Source of the DNA: Macrostomum lignano
Lineage: Eukaryota
DNA length: 64,000 nt
Assembly (NCBI GenBank): GCA_002269645.1
Contig: NIVC01000882.1
Coordinates: 248,001-312,000 of the forward strand
Direction of reading: 5' to 3'
This document shows, piece after piece, positions 26,187-39,500 of this stretch (position 1 is the first letter of the stretch; each line of letters starts with the position of its first letter). Below the pieces are notes generated by a model that made no database searches, was not told where the DNA came from, and saw nothing but the letters and a program-made list of their open reading frames with translations. The position numbers and the translations under genes were made by a program.

Positions 26187-27250
26187 GACTTGACCCACCA
26201 CTACTGGTCGGGACTTGACCCATCACTACTGGTCGGGACTTGACCCATCACTACTGGTCGGGACTTGACCCATCACTACTGGTCGGGACTTGACCCATCA
26301 CTACTGGTCAGGACTTGACCCACCACTACTGGTCAGGACTTGACCCACCACAACTGGTCGGGACTTGACCCATCACTACTGGTCGGGACTTGACCCACCA
26401 CAACTGGTCGGGACTTGACCCATCACAACTGGTCGGGACTTGACCCACCACTACTGGTCAGGACTTGACCCACCACAACTGGTCAGGACTTGACCCACCA
26501 CAACTGGTCAGGACTTGACCCATCACAACTGGTCGGGACTTGACCCATCACAACTGGTCGGGACTTGACCCACCACTACTGGTCGGGACTTGACCCACCA
26601 CAACTGGTCGGGACTTGACCCATCACAACTGGTCGGGACTTGACCCACCACTACTGGTCAGGACTTGACCCACCACAACTGGTCAGGACTTGACCCACCA
26701 CAACTGGTCAGGACTTGACCCACCACAACTGGTCAGGACTTGACCCATCACAACTGGTCGGGACTTGACCCACCACTACTGGTCGGGACTTGACCCACCA
26801 CAACTGGTCGGGACTTGACCCATCACTACTGGTCGGGACTTGACCCATCACAACTGGTCGGGACTTGACCCACCACTACTGGTCAGGACTTGACCCACCA
26901 CAACTGGTCAGGACTTGACCCACCACAACTGGTCAGGACTTGACCCATCACAACTGGTCGGGACTTGACCCACCACTACTGGTCAGGACTTGACCCACCA
27001 CTACTGGTCAGGACTTGACCCACCACAACTGGTCGGGACTTGACCCATCACAACTGGTCGGGACTTGACCCACCACAACTGGTCGGGACTTGACCTATCA
27101 CAACTGGTCGGGACTTGACCCACCACTACTGGTCGGGACTTGACCCACCACAACTGGTCGGGACTTGACCCATCACAACTGGTCGGGACTTGACCCACCA
27201 CTACTGGTCAGGACTTGACCCACCACAACTGGTCGGGACTTGACCCACCA
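26187..27250. repeat. Minisatellite, 25-bp unit GACTTGACCCACCACAACTGGTCGG
   Basis: About 42 copies, starting about 195 nt after the USP20 stop. Confidence 0.97.
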
Positions 27251-27824
27251 TATTTAGCCAGAAGGTATATTTATATCTGGTAATGGACCCCGTAGTAAAT
27301 GTTTTTGCTATCCTAATCATCTCATTTAATTTCGAAACGATTTTTAGCAAAAAAATAATTTTTGCCAATTCTTGCATGCTGCCTCGGTTACGAAGTTAGT
27401 TTAATAGCTTTTATTGTTTATGCCGGATTTAGGCTCGTTTTGCCTTGACGCTTCTTGCGAAGCGTTGACTCATTACTCAAGCAAAATTGTATTGTTTCTT
27501 TTAGGAGTGGAGAACCCTCTGCTGATCTGTTGCGCTGCTCCCGCTTATTTACAAGATTGTTAATTGCTTTTGTGTTGTCCATGCACGTGTCATGTGAATT
27601 TCAGATATTAAAATACACGAGTTTTGAGTATAATATATATGTATATTTGTTCATTGCCTCCTCTCGAATAAGAGAACGTTTTTCTAAACTAGACCTTAAT
27701 TTTGCGTCAATTATTTAATATCTATTTCTAGGCTAAATAGTAGGCCTTATTTATACCTTCATTTTCATATTGTTAGCATTTAACTGTAATCTTGCTTAAG
27801 TAGTAACACTGGGTGCTTAAGCAC

Positions 27825-30800
27825 TAAAGCTGATGCTTAAAATGGTAAGCTGGATGCTTAAAGCGGTAGGCGGGATGCTTAAAGCGGTAAGCTGGATGCT
27901 TAAAGCGGTAAACTAAGTGCTTAAAGCGGTAAGCTGGATGCTTAAAGCGGTAGGCGGGATGCTTAAAGCGGTAAGCTGGATGCTTAAAGCGGTAAACTAA
28001 GTGCTTAAAGCGGTAAGCTGGATGCTTAAAGCGGTAGGCTGGGTGCTTAAAGCGGTAAGCTGGATGCTTAAAGCGGTAAGCTGGATGCTTAAAGCGGTAA
28101 GCTGGATGCTTAAAGCGGTAAACTAAGTGCTTAAAGCGGTAAGCTGGATGCTTAAAGCGGTAAACTGGATGCTTAAAGCGGTAAGCTGGATGCTTAAAGC
28201 GGTAGGCTGGGTGCTTAAAGCGGTAAGCTGGATGCTTAAAGCGGTAAGCTGGATGCTTAAAGCGGTAAACTAAGTGCTTAAAGCGGTAAGCTGGATGCTT
28301 AAAGCGGTAAGCTGGGTGCTTAAAGCGGTAAACTAAGTGCTTAAAGCGGTAAGCTGGATGCTTAAAGCGGTAAGCTGGGTGCTTAAAGCGGTAAGCTGGA
28401 TGCTTAAAGCGGTAGGCGGGATGCTTAAAGCGGTAAACTGGATGCTTAAAGCGGTAAACTGGATGCTTAAAGCGGTAAGCTGGATGCTTAAAGCGGTAAG
28501 CTGGATGCTTAAAGCGGTAAGCTGGATGCTTAAAGCGGTAAGCTGAGTGCTTAAAGCGGTAAGCTGGATGCTTAAAGCGGTAAACTGGATGCTTAAAGCG
28601 GTAAGCTGGATGCTTAAAGCGGTAGGCTGGGTGCTTAAAGCGGTAAGCTGGATGCTTAAAGCGGTAAGCTGGATGCTTAAAGCGGTAAACTGGATGCTTA
28701 AAGCGGTAAGCTGGATGCTTAAAGCGGTAAGCTGGATGCTTAAAGCGGTAAACTAAGTGCTTAAAGCGGTAAGCTGGATGCTTAAAGCGGTAAGCTGGGT
28801 GCTTAAAGCGGTAAACTAAGTGCTTAAAGCGGTAAGCTGGATGCTTAAAGCGGTAAGCTGGGTGCTTAAAGCGGTAAGCTGGATGCTTAAAGCGGTAGGC
28901 GGGATGCTTAAAGCGGTAAACTGGATGCTTAAAGCGGTAAGCTGGATGCTTAAAGCGGTAAGCTGGATGCTTAAAGCGGTAAGCTGGGTGCTTAAAGCGG
29001 TAGGCTGGGTGCTTAAAGCGGTAAGCTGGATGCTTAAAGCGGTAAGCTGGATGCTTAAAGCGGTAAGCTGGATGCTTAAAGCGGTAGGCTGGGTGCTTAA
29101 AGCGGTAAGCTGGATGCTTAAAGCGGTAAGCTGGATGCTTAAAGCGGTAAACTGGATGCTTAAAGCGGTAAGCTGGATGCTTAAAGCGGTAAGCTGGATG
29201 CTTAAAGCGGTAAACTAAGTGCTTAAAGCGGTAAGCTGGATGCTTAAAGCGGTAAGCTGGGTGCTTAAAGCGGTAAACTAAGTGCTTAAAGCGGTAAGCT
29301 GGATGCTTAAAGCGGTAAGCTGGGTGCTTAAAGCGGTAAACTAAGTGCTTAAAGCGGTAAGCTGGATGCTTAAAGCGGTAAGCTGGGTGCTTAAAGCGGT
29401 AAGCTGGATGCTTAAAGCGGTAGGCGGGATGCTTAAAGCGGTAAGCTGGATGCTTAAAGCGGTAAGCTGGATGCTTAAAGCGGTAAGCTGGATGCTTAAA
29501 GCGGTAGGCGGGATGCTTAAAGCAGTAGGCTGGATGCTTAAAGCAGTAGGCGGGATGCTTAAAGCGGTAGGCGGGATGCTTAAAGCAGTAGGCTGGATGC
29601 TTAAAGCGGTAAACTAAGTGCTTAAAGCGGTAAGCTGGATGCTTAAAGCGGTAAGCTGGGTGCTTAAAGCGGTAAGCTGGATGCTTAAAGCGGTAGGCGG
29701 GATGCTTAAAGCGGTAAGCTGGATGCTTAAAGCGGTAAGCTGGATGCTTAAAGCAGTAGGCGGGATGCTAAAAGCGGTAGGCGGGATGCTTAAAGCGGTA
29801 AGCTGGATGCTTAAAGCGGTAAGCTGGATGCTTAAAGCGGTAAGCTGGGTGCTTAAAGCGGTAAGCTGGATGCTTAAAGCGGTAGGCGGGATGCTTAAAG
29901 CGGTAAGCTGGATGCTTAAAGCGGTAAGCTGGATGCTTAAAGCGGTAAGCTGGATGCTTAAAGCGGTAGGCGGGATGCTTAAAGCAGTAGGCTGGATGCT
30001 TAAAGCAGTAGGCGGGATGCTTAAAGCGGTAGGCGGGATGCTTAAAGCAGTAGGCTGGATGCTTAAAGCAGTAGGCGGGATGCTTAAAGCGGTAAGCTGG
30101 ATGCTTAAAGCGGTAAGCTGGATGCTTAAAGCGGTAAGCTGGATGCTTAAAGCGGTAAACTAAGTGCTTAAAGCGGTAAGCTGGATGCTTAAAGCGGTAA
30201 GCTGGGTGCTTAAAGCGGTAAACTAAGTGCTTAAAGCGGTAAGCTGGATGCTTAAAGCGGTAAGCTGGGTGCTTAAAGCGGTAAGCTGGATGCTTAAAGC
30301 GGTAGGCGGGATGCTTAAAGCGGTAAACTGGATGCTTAAAGCGGTAAACTGGATGCTTAAAGCGGTAAGCTGGATGCTTAAAGCGGTAAGCTGGATGCTT
30401 AAAGCGGTAAGCTGGATGCTTAAAGCGGTAAGCTGAGTGCTTAAAGCGGTAAGCTGGATGCTTAAAGCGGTAAACTGGATGCTTAAAGCGGTAAGCTGGA
30501 TGCTTAAAGCGGTAGGCTGGGTGCTTAAAGCGGTAAGCTGGATGCTTAAAGCGGTAAGCTGGATGCTTAAAGCGGTAAACTGGATGCTTAAAGCGGTAAG
30601 CTGGATGCTTAAAGCGGTAAGCTGGATGCTTAAAGCGGTAAACTAAGTGCTTAAAGCGGTAAGCTGGATGCTTAAAGCGGTAAGCTGGGTGCTTAAAGCG
30701 GTAAACTAAGTGCTTAAAGCGGTAAGCTGGATGCTTAAAGCGGTAAGCTGGGTGCTTAAAGCGGTAAGCTGGATGCTTAAAGCGGTAGGCGGGATGCTTA

Positions 30801-31655
30801 AAGCGGTAAACTGGATGCTTAAAGCGGTAAACTGGATGCTTAAAGCGGTAAGCTGGATGCTTAAAGCGGTAAGCTGGATGCTTAAAGCGGTAAGCTGGAT
30901 GCTTAAAGCGGTAAGCTGGGTGCTTAAAGCGGTAAGCTGGATGCTTAAAGCGGTAGGCGGGATGCTTAAAGCGGTAAGCTGGATGCTTAAAGCGGTAAGC
31001 TGGATGCTTAAAGCGGTAAGCTGGATGCTTAAAGCGGTAGGCGGGATGCTTAAAGCAGTAGGCGGGATGCTTAAAGCGGTAGGCGGGATGCTTAAAGCGG
31101 TAGGCGGGATGCTTAAAGCGGTAGGCGGGATGCTTAAAGCGGTAAGCTGGATGCTTAAAGCAGTAGGCGGGATGCTTAAAGCGGTAGGCGGGATGCTTAA
31201 AGCGGTAAGCTGGATGCTTAAAGCGGTAAGCTGGATGCTTAAAGCAGTAGGCGGGATGCTTAAAGCGGTAGGCGGGATGCTTAAAGCGGTAGGCGGGATG
31301 CTTAAAGCGGTAGGCGGGATGCTTAAAGCGGTAGGCGGGATGCTTAAAGCGGTAGGCGGGATGCTTAAAGCAGTAGGCGGGATGCTTAAAGCGGTAGGCG
31401 GGATGCTTAAAGCGGTAGGCGGGATGCTTAAAGCGGTAGGCGGGATGCTTAAAGCGGTAGGCGGGATGCTTAAAGCGGTAAGCTGGATGCTTAAAGCAGT
31501 AGGCGGGATGCTTAAAGCGGTAGGCGGGATGCTTAAAGCGGTAGGCGGGATGCTTAAAGCGGTAGGCGGGATGCTTAAAGCGGTAGGCGGGATGCTTAAA
31601 GCGGTAAGCTGGATGCTTAAAGCAGTAGGCGGGATGCTTAAAGCGGTATGCTGGA
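27825..31655. repeat. Satellite, 21-bp unit ATGCTTAAAGCGGTAAGCTGG
   Basis: About 3.8 kb, about 180 copies, several unit variants and a 1890-bp higher-order duplication. It is the source of the MLKAVSW ORFs. Confidence 0.98.
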
Positions 31656-32549
31656 TCTACTAGCTAGCTGCAAAAGGGAGGGCAGTCTGTGCAGTGCATT
31701 GCAAGGCCGTGGATGTTAAGAATGTTTTTCCTCTGGATCCAAAACAACCCAAGTCCCACTCTGTACAGTTTCTAAAGGGGTACAGAGGGGTGTTTGTACA
31801 GAGCAGTGCAGTTATTTGCATTGGGTAGTATTTGAGTGGCTTAAATCTGTATACATACTTGTTCTATTATTAATTTAGATAGAGTTTAAAGCTACTTTTT
31901 AATTACTGACTGCAAAATCTTTGTAAATCTCTTTAGAAAAGGCAATGGTGGTTGTCTACAGTTTGTGTGGAATATAGTTTTTTCATTTGATTGTCCATCT
32001 TTGAGCGTTGGCTCTCCAATATTAATGTCTTTTTTTCAAACATGTCAATGTATACAATTGCGGGCAGAATGTATCTTAGATTTAACTGTTAGTGCGTGCA
32101 TGTATACTGGCTGGTACATGTACATTATTTGAACATGGTCAGCCACTGGCCCACCACTGTACTATAGTAACCAACTTCATTTAGAGATCCAGGGTACCGC
32201 ATATCTATCTGCATTTATATTTATATTTATGAATTATATATATGCAGATGCAGATAGATCGCTTTTAAAATTTAACGTATATATGCATTTGAAATGAGCC
32301 CATGCAGTTATATGCATGGCAACTACACTAGAAATCTGGCCTTTTGCGTGCATAATATAAATCCCTTGGGATCGAGTGAGTAAGTAGAACGACTTATTAA
32401 AGAATAGAGATGATAGTAGAAGGGGTGACACAGTTATCAAATCAAAGTTAGCCCCCCTGATGTAGTTACACATAGAAATCTAGAATACTAACTAGTATTC
32501 TAGATTTCTATGAGTTACATGCATAATAATTATAATTTCTTGATATTGT

Positions 32550-32671
32550 TGACATGATTGATTACACCTGCCCCAATGTTGGGCAGATGTGCAACCGACA
32601 GCTCAGCCGCAGCTATTGCGTGGCGCATCTGAAGGCTGCATACGGCCGTTCAGTCCCACGACTGTGGGTTG

Positions 32672-32741
<70 letters not shown>

Positions 32742-32878
32742 ATTTTACAGCTGCGTGAACTGAAGCAATGCAGAGTTAACTGTTGTTCAAGGACACAAAT
32801 TGTTCCCAGTGGATCGAAATTCGAACCCCTGACCTTTCAGTCGCGAGTCTGACGCTCTATCCACTAGGCTGCATCACC
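32550..32878 (-). mobile_element. tRNA-derived CORE-type SINE interrupted by a (CA)n tract
   Basis: The minus strand shows A-box-like GCCTAGTGGATAGAGCG and B-box-like GGTTCGAA, then GTGTCCTTGAACAACAGTTAACTCTGCATTGCTTCAGTTCACGCAGCTGTAAAATGGG, which resembles the CORE domain of MIR-type SINEs. The 3' boundary is approximate. Confidence 0.7.
32674..32738. repeat. (CA)n microsatellite
   Basis: Uninterrupted CA run inside the SINE. Confidence 0.97.
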
Positions 32879-33223
32879 AACATTTTGCAGTTGTACTATT
32901 AAAAACTGCCTGTCTAACTGTAGAATAAGCTTAGATATGTTTTAATTTTGTGTTAACTTCTATCTAAAGCTTGTTAACCTATCTGCAGGCTGCAGAGGGC
33001 AGGCCTGGAGATCGAAATTCGAGAAACCTTGGCATACAATTTTTAGTTACGAATACGAGCCTGCAGACACCACTCTCCCTGTGCTAAGTGCGCCCGACCC
33101 TGTGCATTTATTCCGAACTAAGCAGTTGATAAATAAGATTGTTTAGTCAAAGAAGGGCCGCAGTTAGTCTTAGATATTAGTGTTTACGAGATAGATGGAT
33201 TTCATAAGCCTATTAATCTAAAT

Positions 33224-33586
33224 CAGGGGTTGGTAAACTTTTTTACCTCAAGGGCCAGATATAGAACCTAGAGCATGACGGTAGAGAGGAAAGAGAGGGG
33301 AGATAGAAGAAAGGAGATGCGATCGAGGGAATAAAGGAGAAGAGCGGAGACGAGAGGAGAGGAGAGAAGAGTAGATGAGAGAGGAAAGGAGAGCAAAGAA
33401 CAGAGGAGAGAAGAGATGAGAGGAGAGAGGAGAGTAGAGGGAAGAGTGCTGAGAATAGATATAAACATTGAGCGGGCTGGATTGCTATTGTGAAGTGAAG
33501 TCTCAAGGAACCTAGTCTCAAGGGCTAGCTGGATAGAGAGGCTTTGTGGGCCGCATGCGGCCCTCGGGCCAGAGTTTGCGGACCTG
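33224..33586. mobile_element. Charlie-like hAT MITE with internal GA-rich expansion
   Basis: CAGGGGTTGGTAAACT ... GGGCCGCATGCGGCCCTCGGGCCAGAGTTTGCGGACCTG. Flanks ATCTAAAT / CTCTAGAT fit the NTCTAGAN target preference known for Charlie elements. Confidence 0.75.
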
Positions 33587-35016
33587 CTCTAGATGGACTT
33601 AATATAAAACGATTGCTTTTTAGCTCGTGCAGTCATCGGGACTTGACGAGCGTCTATTTATTTTTCTTGCTTAAAATACTACTCGAAATAATTAATCATA
33701 GTTTACGCATCCCGTGCAATCGAAAGTTTGAAAGGCATATTAACGCAGTTGAGTTATAAACGGCAAAAACGACACAACTCCCAGACCTTATCAGATTCGG
33801 TGATTTCAAGGCTTTCAGATTTACATTTTTCTTAACATGAATTGAGAGCGTTTTCTACCTTATTCTATTCGTTCATTCACGGGGCTAGGCGTGAATGGGA
33901 ACCTGTGATTGTACTTCGTAAAGCTCTGTCGTGTCACACTCACTGCCTGCCTGTCTCTTGTGATCTAGCTATAGGATAAGGCAGGAAATTCGTGACTTTC
34001 TTTCCCTTCCCTCATTGAGTTTTCTGTCTGTTGTGTGCTCATTCTATTTATGTACGCGCAGCTATAGTTTTTAGAACTGAGTCCTTACTCGCCCGAGTCG
34101 TGACTTCTTTCTTCTCAGTCCCGACTTCCAAGACGGCTATCGGGGGCTGTGGCATGCGGGATTAGAAAGGGATTAAAAGGATAAGCCGGCCGCTCAATAA
34201 CCACTAACCAGTGTGAGGGTGGACTGTGTAGCTAATCTATGTGTGGCGTAAGTACGTACCTTAGAATAGCGTTCAGTACATTGCGATGTACATCAGACAG
34301 AATGAACAGCCTGCCCAAGCCTCAGCTGTCTCAGCTGCTAGTGTAAAAAGTACAGTCAAGCTGGTGTTCAGCACTTCCAGAAATAAATGCACTTTTCTGT
34401 AGGAAAATGTCAGCTGCTGGCTTCTCAAAGTGTTTTTAATCTTTCCAGGCTTGTGGCTCTTACCCCTTTCTTTGAAAAAAGCCGGTCTTTCCTGTAAGCT
34501 GTAAGTTCCTTCCTTGGTGAATGCATAATTCTCGGATCCTTCCCTCAGTCAACATTTCTATATCCTCACTGTTCAACGTTTTAGTTATTTATCCGGCCAA
34601 CTCAATGCTTAAATTCAACTCAACCCACTCTCCTTAATTCCACAGCAACATACAAACCGTTGCCAATCCCAAATTCGCGTATCTACGAGTAAAAAACTAA
34701 ATGTGTGGCGTGGGACCGGGCCTTAACAAGTTATAATATGCCGATGCGCATACAAACTTTAAAAAACCCATCATATTTTTAATTTCAGTGAAAATATAAA
34801 ACGCTATTAATTCTGTTCTGAAGTTAGCTAGCTGCTATTATGGCCTTGCCATGTCACGTGCCGAATGCAAGCTTAACGACCTTCCTATGCTAGGCTTTCT
34901 AGCTTGCATTCATTTTCTTTCCTCGATTTCACTTCACCGTGGAGTTTTAAATCTAATAATCTGGCTGCAACAACAGCCTACTAAACTACTAAATTGTTTC
35001 AAATTGTTTGCCTAAA

Positions 35017-35282
35017 CAGGGGCGTAGCGAGGGGGGTATCGGTATATCGGCCGATACCCCCAAATTTCCAAAGCAACATTTTTTTTCCTTTTTTCAGTTG
35101 CAATTGTGACTGTTAAGGAAGAGAAAGGTATCCAAATCGAAATAATAACAATTAACAAACAAAGAGAGTAATTATATGTATTATGCACTAGAAATACATT
35201 AAGGGGATATGTGGATCTCAAGCCCTTGCTTTCTGATAACAGCTAACCGATACCCCCAAAAAAAATCCTGGCTACGCCCCTG
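35017..35282. mobile_element. hAT-type MITE (266 bp)
   Basis: 12-bp TIR CAGGGGCGTAGC / GCTACGCCCCTG and a perfect 8-bp TSD TGCCTAAA (35009-35016, 35283-35290). Confidence 0.92.
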
Positions 35283-36387
35283 TGCCTAAATGTATTGGTG
35301 TAAACAAATAATTAGTATTAATGCGCCAAGGATTAAGGATTTAAGGTTGTTCAAATCTCCTCATTTCAAAAATAGGAAAAATCTGACTGCTAATCTATTC
35401 AGAATAACCAAATTTCTACTCCAGATTCTAGATTTAAAACTCCATGGCTTTAACTGAGCTTGTGTTTCTCTGTCTCTCTCAGCTGGTGTACAGCCTTATC
35501 CGACCTTAACCATCAACCCAACCCCTCCTCTCCCCCGGCCCCGCCTTGTCAAGGCCCGCGACTATGGGGGAGGCAAAGTAAGAAAATGCGTGGTGTCACG
35601 TGAGGAGCGCGCAATCCCCCCCCCACCCGCCCCAAATATTTTTGGCTCTGGCGAATGCACATTTCAGGCGCACGCACATCTGCCACTCGCAGGCCTCAGT
35701 CTACACACCGAACTAAAAACAGCACAAGCTACTGGACCTAATTGTATTGAGCCACTGGGCCAACAAGCAGCACAAGTAGAACACACCCACACACACCACG
35801 TACAGCCAGCGGGGCCGGCAAGTGGCCTTAGCCTTTAGCTTATCTTGCAGAAATCGCTGGCCGCTTTTCTTTCAATTACAATAGCAAGCGCTGAACAAGT
35901 TAAAACTTACAAACAACAATTAACAATTCCGAAATTATGATAATGGAGTAGCTCGTGCTTTCTAAATCTTAATATTCACAATTCGCACTAGTCGAGTTCC
36001 ATTTCAATTTTCCACTCAATTCCTATGCAGCCACAACTTTGCCATTTACTCCTGTCATATACTCCACTATACTACTAAACTGACTACTGCTGTACTCTCG
36101 TGCAGCTGAACTGAACTGACTGTACTACAGACAGTCTACAGTACTAGTAAGTTAGGTGAATATAGTAACCCATGGAAGGCTGGAAGCCTTTTTCCACTTC
36201 GCTCACAAAACGAACTGACTCTTGGAGTCCTGAGCTTCCCTGCCGGCCTGAGTAACCGCTCATTCAGCGTTATATTATGCCCCGGGACGCTACAAGTATG
36301 CTTTGCAATTGGCGGCGTTGTTTATGCTGATTGTAGTTAAGTCAAACTAACACCGACCTGAATTTCTAAATATTTAACCGCAAGGCT

Positions 36388-36537
36388 GGCTCATTCACAA
36401 TGAGTGCACACTGCCATCAAATGAGCCACCAAATCACAAATCACAACACGACCAATGTACAAAGGAAGCAAATTTGATGTACAAGTTGTGTGATCACACG
36501 AAATTTGGCCTTATTTGATGGCGGTGTGAACGAGGCT
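36388..36537. mobile_element. Possible small decayed MITE (Harbinger-like TIR)
   Basis: GGCTCATTCACA...CACTGCCATCAAAT is an imperfect inverted match to ATTTGATGGCGGTGTGAACGAGGC. No clear TSD. Confidence 0.3.
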
Positions 36538-39500
36538 CTCTTTAGCTGTACATCTTATGTATGACCAGAGTAATGTGTACGAGGTACGAGCGTTGGTGTG
36601 GTTAACACTAATTCAGCTAGATTGGCGAAGTGGCAATGAATGATATATAATTACGCTTCGAATTGAAGCATTACTGATGTACCTCACTCTCTTCACGAGT
36701 TTGCTTCGCTGTGAATTACTCAATTATGAGCTCAGTTTATGTACATACATATGCACGATAGCATTGAGCTATTATTTAGGTCACTGATAATTTAAGAGCA
36801 CTGCATTTGACCTCCAACTCTTTAAATCCTCTTCCAACTGAACCCCGATAAGCCTTTTGATCTTTTACATGTACGGTAAGTTTTTAACAACATGTACATA
36901 TTATTAATATATGTAGAAAATATATACGTAGAAAATCCATTCTAAATCAAGCCAAATTTGTAAATCCTGCTTATCGATTCCACCTAAAGTATGCCAGTGC
37001 CAGATGAAGAGTCAGAATTTACTGAAGCCTTAATAAAAAGTAATTAATTCTGGTTAATTTTCCTCATTGCGATTCACGAAATAAGTCAGTAACAGTAGTC
37101 GGGTCGTTCGCAAATTCTAGGAGGAGCAAAAATTTTAACAATTTTCCGAACATTTACTATTGTTACTGCCATATTGAAAATAATAGGACACTTTTATCTG
37201 TGAATAAAGATAATTTTTGGGTTGAACTTTATCATGCAAAAGTGTTTTTAATCATCTGGCGGTATTAAGCGATAATTAGCGATGAAAAAAATTAAATTCA
37301 ATCATTTCACCGATGTTAATTTTTGATACTACAAGATGTCTGTAGCTAAAAAAAGTTGTTGTTGTGTTGAAACCTTGCTATATTACATTTAAAATGAAAG
37401 CTTATATAAATTTAATTTAAGATTTTTTAAAGCTTAATAAACTGCACTATAAGTTATTTTATAGACGCTTAACTGTACGCCTAGCATTTCCGGTGGGATA
37501 GCCTCTTCTCATCTCACAAAATGTATTTTTCAGCTGACGTCTAGAATGTGCGCTTAAAATGATACATTTTGATGCAGATAATTAGAAAAACATGTCTTAT
37601 TATCTTTTTGTAAAAAATTGTTATTAAATAGAGCACTATTGTTGATAAAAATAATTAAAAGCAACCATGCATCGCAATAAACTCCTACTTTGAAGCACAA
37701 AATAAATATCCTGTAACCACACTAGCATTCTCCATGGAGCACCTTTTGAGCTGAAATTTTACACAGATATCCAGTAAAGTAAACTGAGCAAATGATTTTT
37801 TTGTTTTTGAAAATACTTCAATTTGGCTATGTATCAGTTAGTTCATTGGACATATTTATTATATTTTTATTAGAATCCTTGTAACCAAGCTACAGAGAAA
37901 CATTTGCAAAACTGGACCTTGAAATTTGACCTGAATGATCAGCAAATGTGTATCTCGAAATGATTTTTTTTGTTTTCATCAAGTCATTCTATGCTAATTT
38001 TTTCTGAAGGGAAAGATACCATATATTTAAAGTCAATAGGGGAAGCATTTAGACTTATTCAATAGTCATTAAAATTGCAACTATATTATTATAATATAGT
38101 AATAATATTATACATGTTATTATATAGTAATATTAACTTCTAAGATGCCCTTATAAATTTAAGTAAAGACAACAGGCCTTAATTAATTAATCAGCATTTT
38201 GAAGAAACTGACCTTATACAGATGGGCCCCAAGCTAAGAAATGAATGTAGAGCTTATTCCGTGTAAGGTATAAAAATCAATTTATTATAATATTAAATAC
38301 TCCTAATAAATTGGTTAAATTAGTTATTTACCTTGAATTAATTTAATTTAATAATTAAATATATAAATTTGTTTCACTTCTTACTGCATTTAAATAGAGT
38401 ACCTCTCTACTATACTATAAAAGTAACCACTATTTACAATTAACAATTGCAATTATTTACAATTTACAAATTAACAAGTGATATGGTAAAAAAGTATAGT
38501 AAAAAATTTTCCTTGGTTTAATCCCAGCTTGCCTCAGTTTTTTAGTCTTAATACGAGCTAGATAGTAAGTGTTGATTAATTTGCTCCATCACCTTTTGCC
38601 ACGGAAACAGCACATGTCGGACATGCAACACTCTTCCTGATCCCTGGATTCAAGATGACTGCTTCTGCTTCTTCAATGCTTGAAAACTGAGCTCATGGAG
38701 CTTTAGGTTATGCTGTCAGAGTGCTGCTGCCGGTGCTGTGTGTGTATGTGTGTGTCTTCTGCGGGTAGGTTCCCTGTCCCTCAGTTTAGCCACTGTTGTG
38801 GGCTAACTGGAGGAATTGCCGTTGTCGGTGCTGCAGGTGGCACTGCATGGTAGTATTGACGCTGTCTGTCAGTGACGCTGGCAAAGGCTTGGACGAAGCT
38901 AGGTGCCGTCATTGTCAGGAGGACATGCGTGTGCTGCTTAGACCAGTGCGCACATTCGACTGGACTCGTATCTGGTGCAGTCTGGTGTATTCACTGAGAT
39001 TGTGTGGATCTGCCTCCTCGCATCACCTCAACCAGGCTCAATTTCTTTTGTAGAATTTTCGTGCGCTGCTTAACTGCATCTTGTGCCTGCTGAGTGATGC
39101 CAAGAATTGTGCCACACAATAATTTGGCCCATAAACTACTCGTATATTATACATATGTATGCACAGCACACACACACGCAGTTCATTCATATTAAATGTA
39201 CTAGTTAATGGAATTCTCATCTCATGAGCTCTAGTCTATGGACAAACCTGAAATTACTAGAATATCTAGATGGATCTAACCTTATTTGAGCAGCGCGCTG
39301 CGCTGCGAGCAAATACATGTAGATTCCTTAGCGCAACTAATTAATAGTGTAGTACAGTCTACAGCCTGAAGTAGCCTGTGTAAGATGCGGAGGGATGATT
39401 TTTGCATAGGAAGCCACTACGGTAAGGTTGATGGAACTATGGGGAGGTGAGAGATTCAAAGCGAGGGACGGAAGCCATGCATAGTTCGATCATAAGTTTG

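Noticed and set aside
8322-31655. Regularly spaced repeats as CRISPR arrays
   Set aside because: Units are head to tail with no unique spacers, the context is eukaryotic, and there are no cas genes.
28337-31663. Series of MLKAVSW ORFs up to 317 aa
   Set aside because: These are in-frame reads of a 21-bp satellite, interrupted wherever the TAA variant occurs.
32800-32878. tRNA gene candidates (also about 58265-58330 and 59458-59530)
   Set aside because: A/B boxes are present but there is no complete cloverleaf or acceptor stem. The first continues into a CORE-like SINE body.
38584-38690. Minus-strand CPTCAVSVAKGDGAN resembling an RBR RING2 start
   Set aside because: Short, bounded by stops, weak acceptor, catalytic Cys position not conserved, and no partner exons found.
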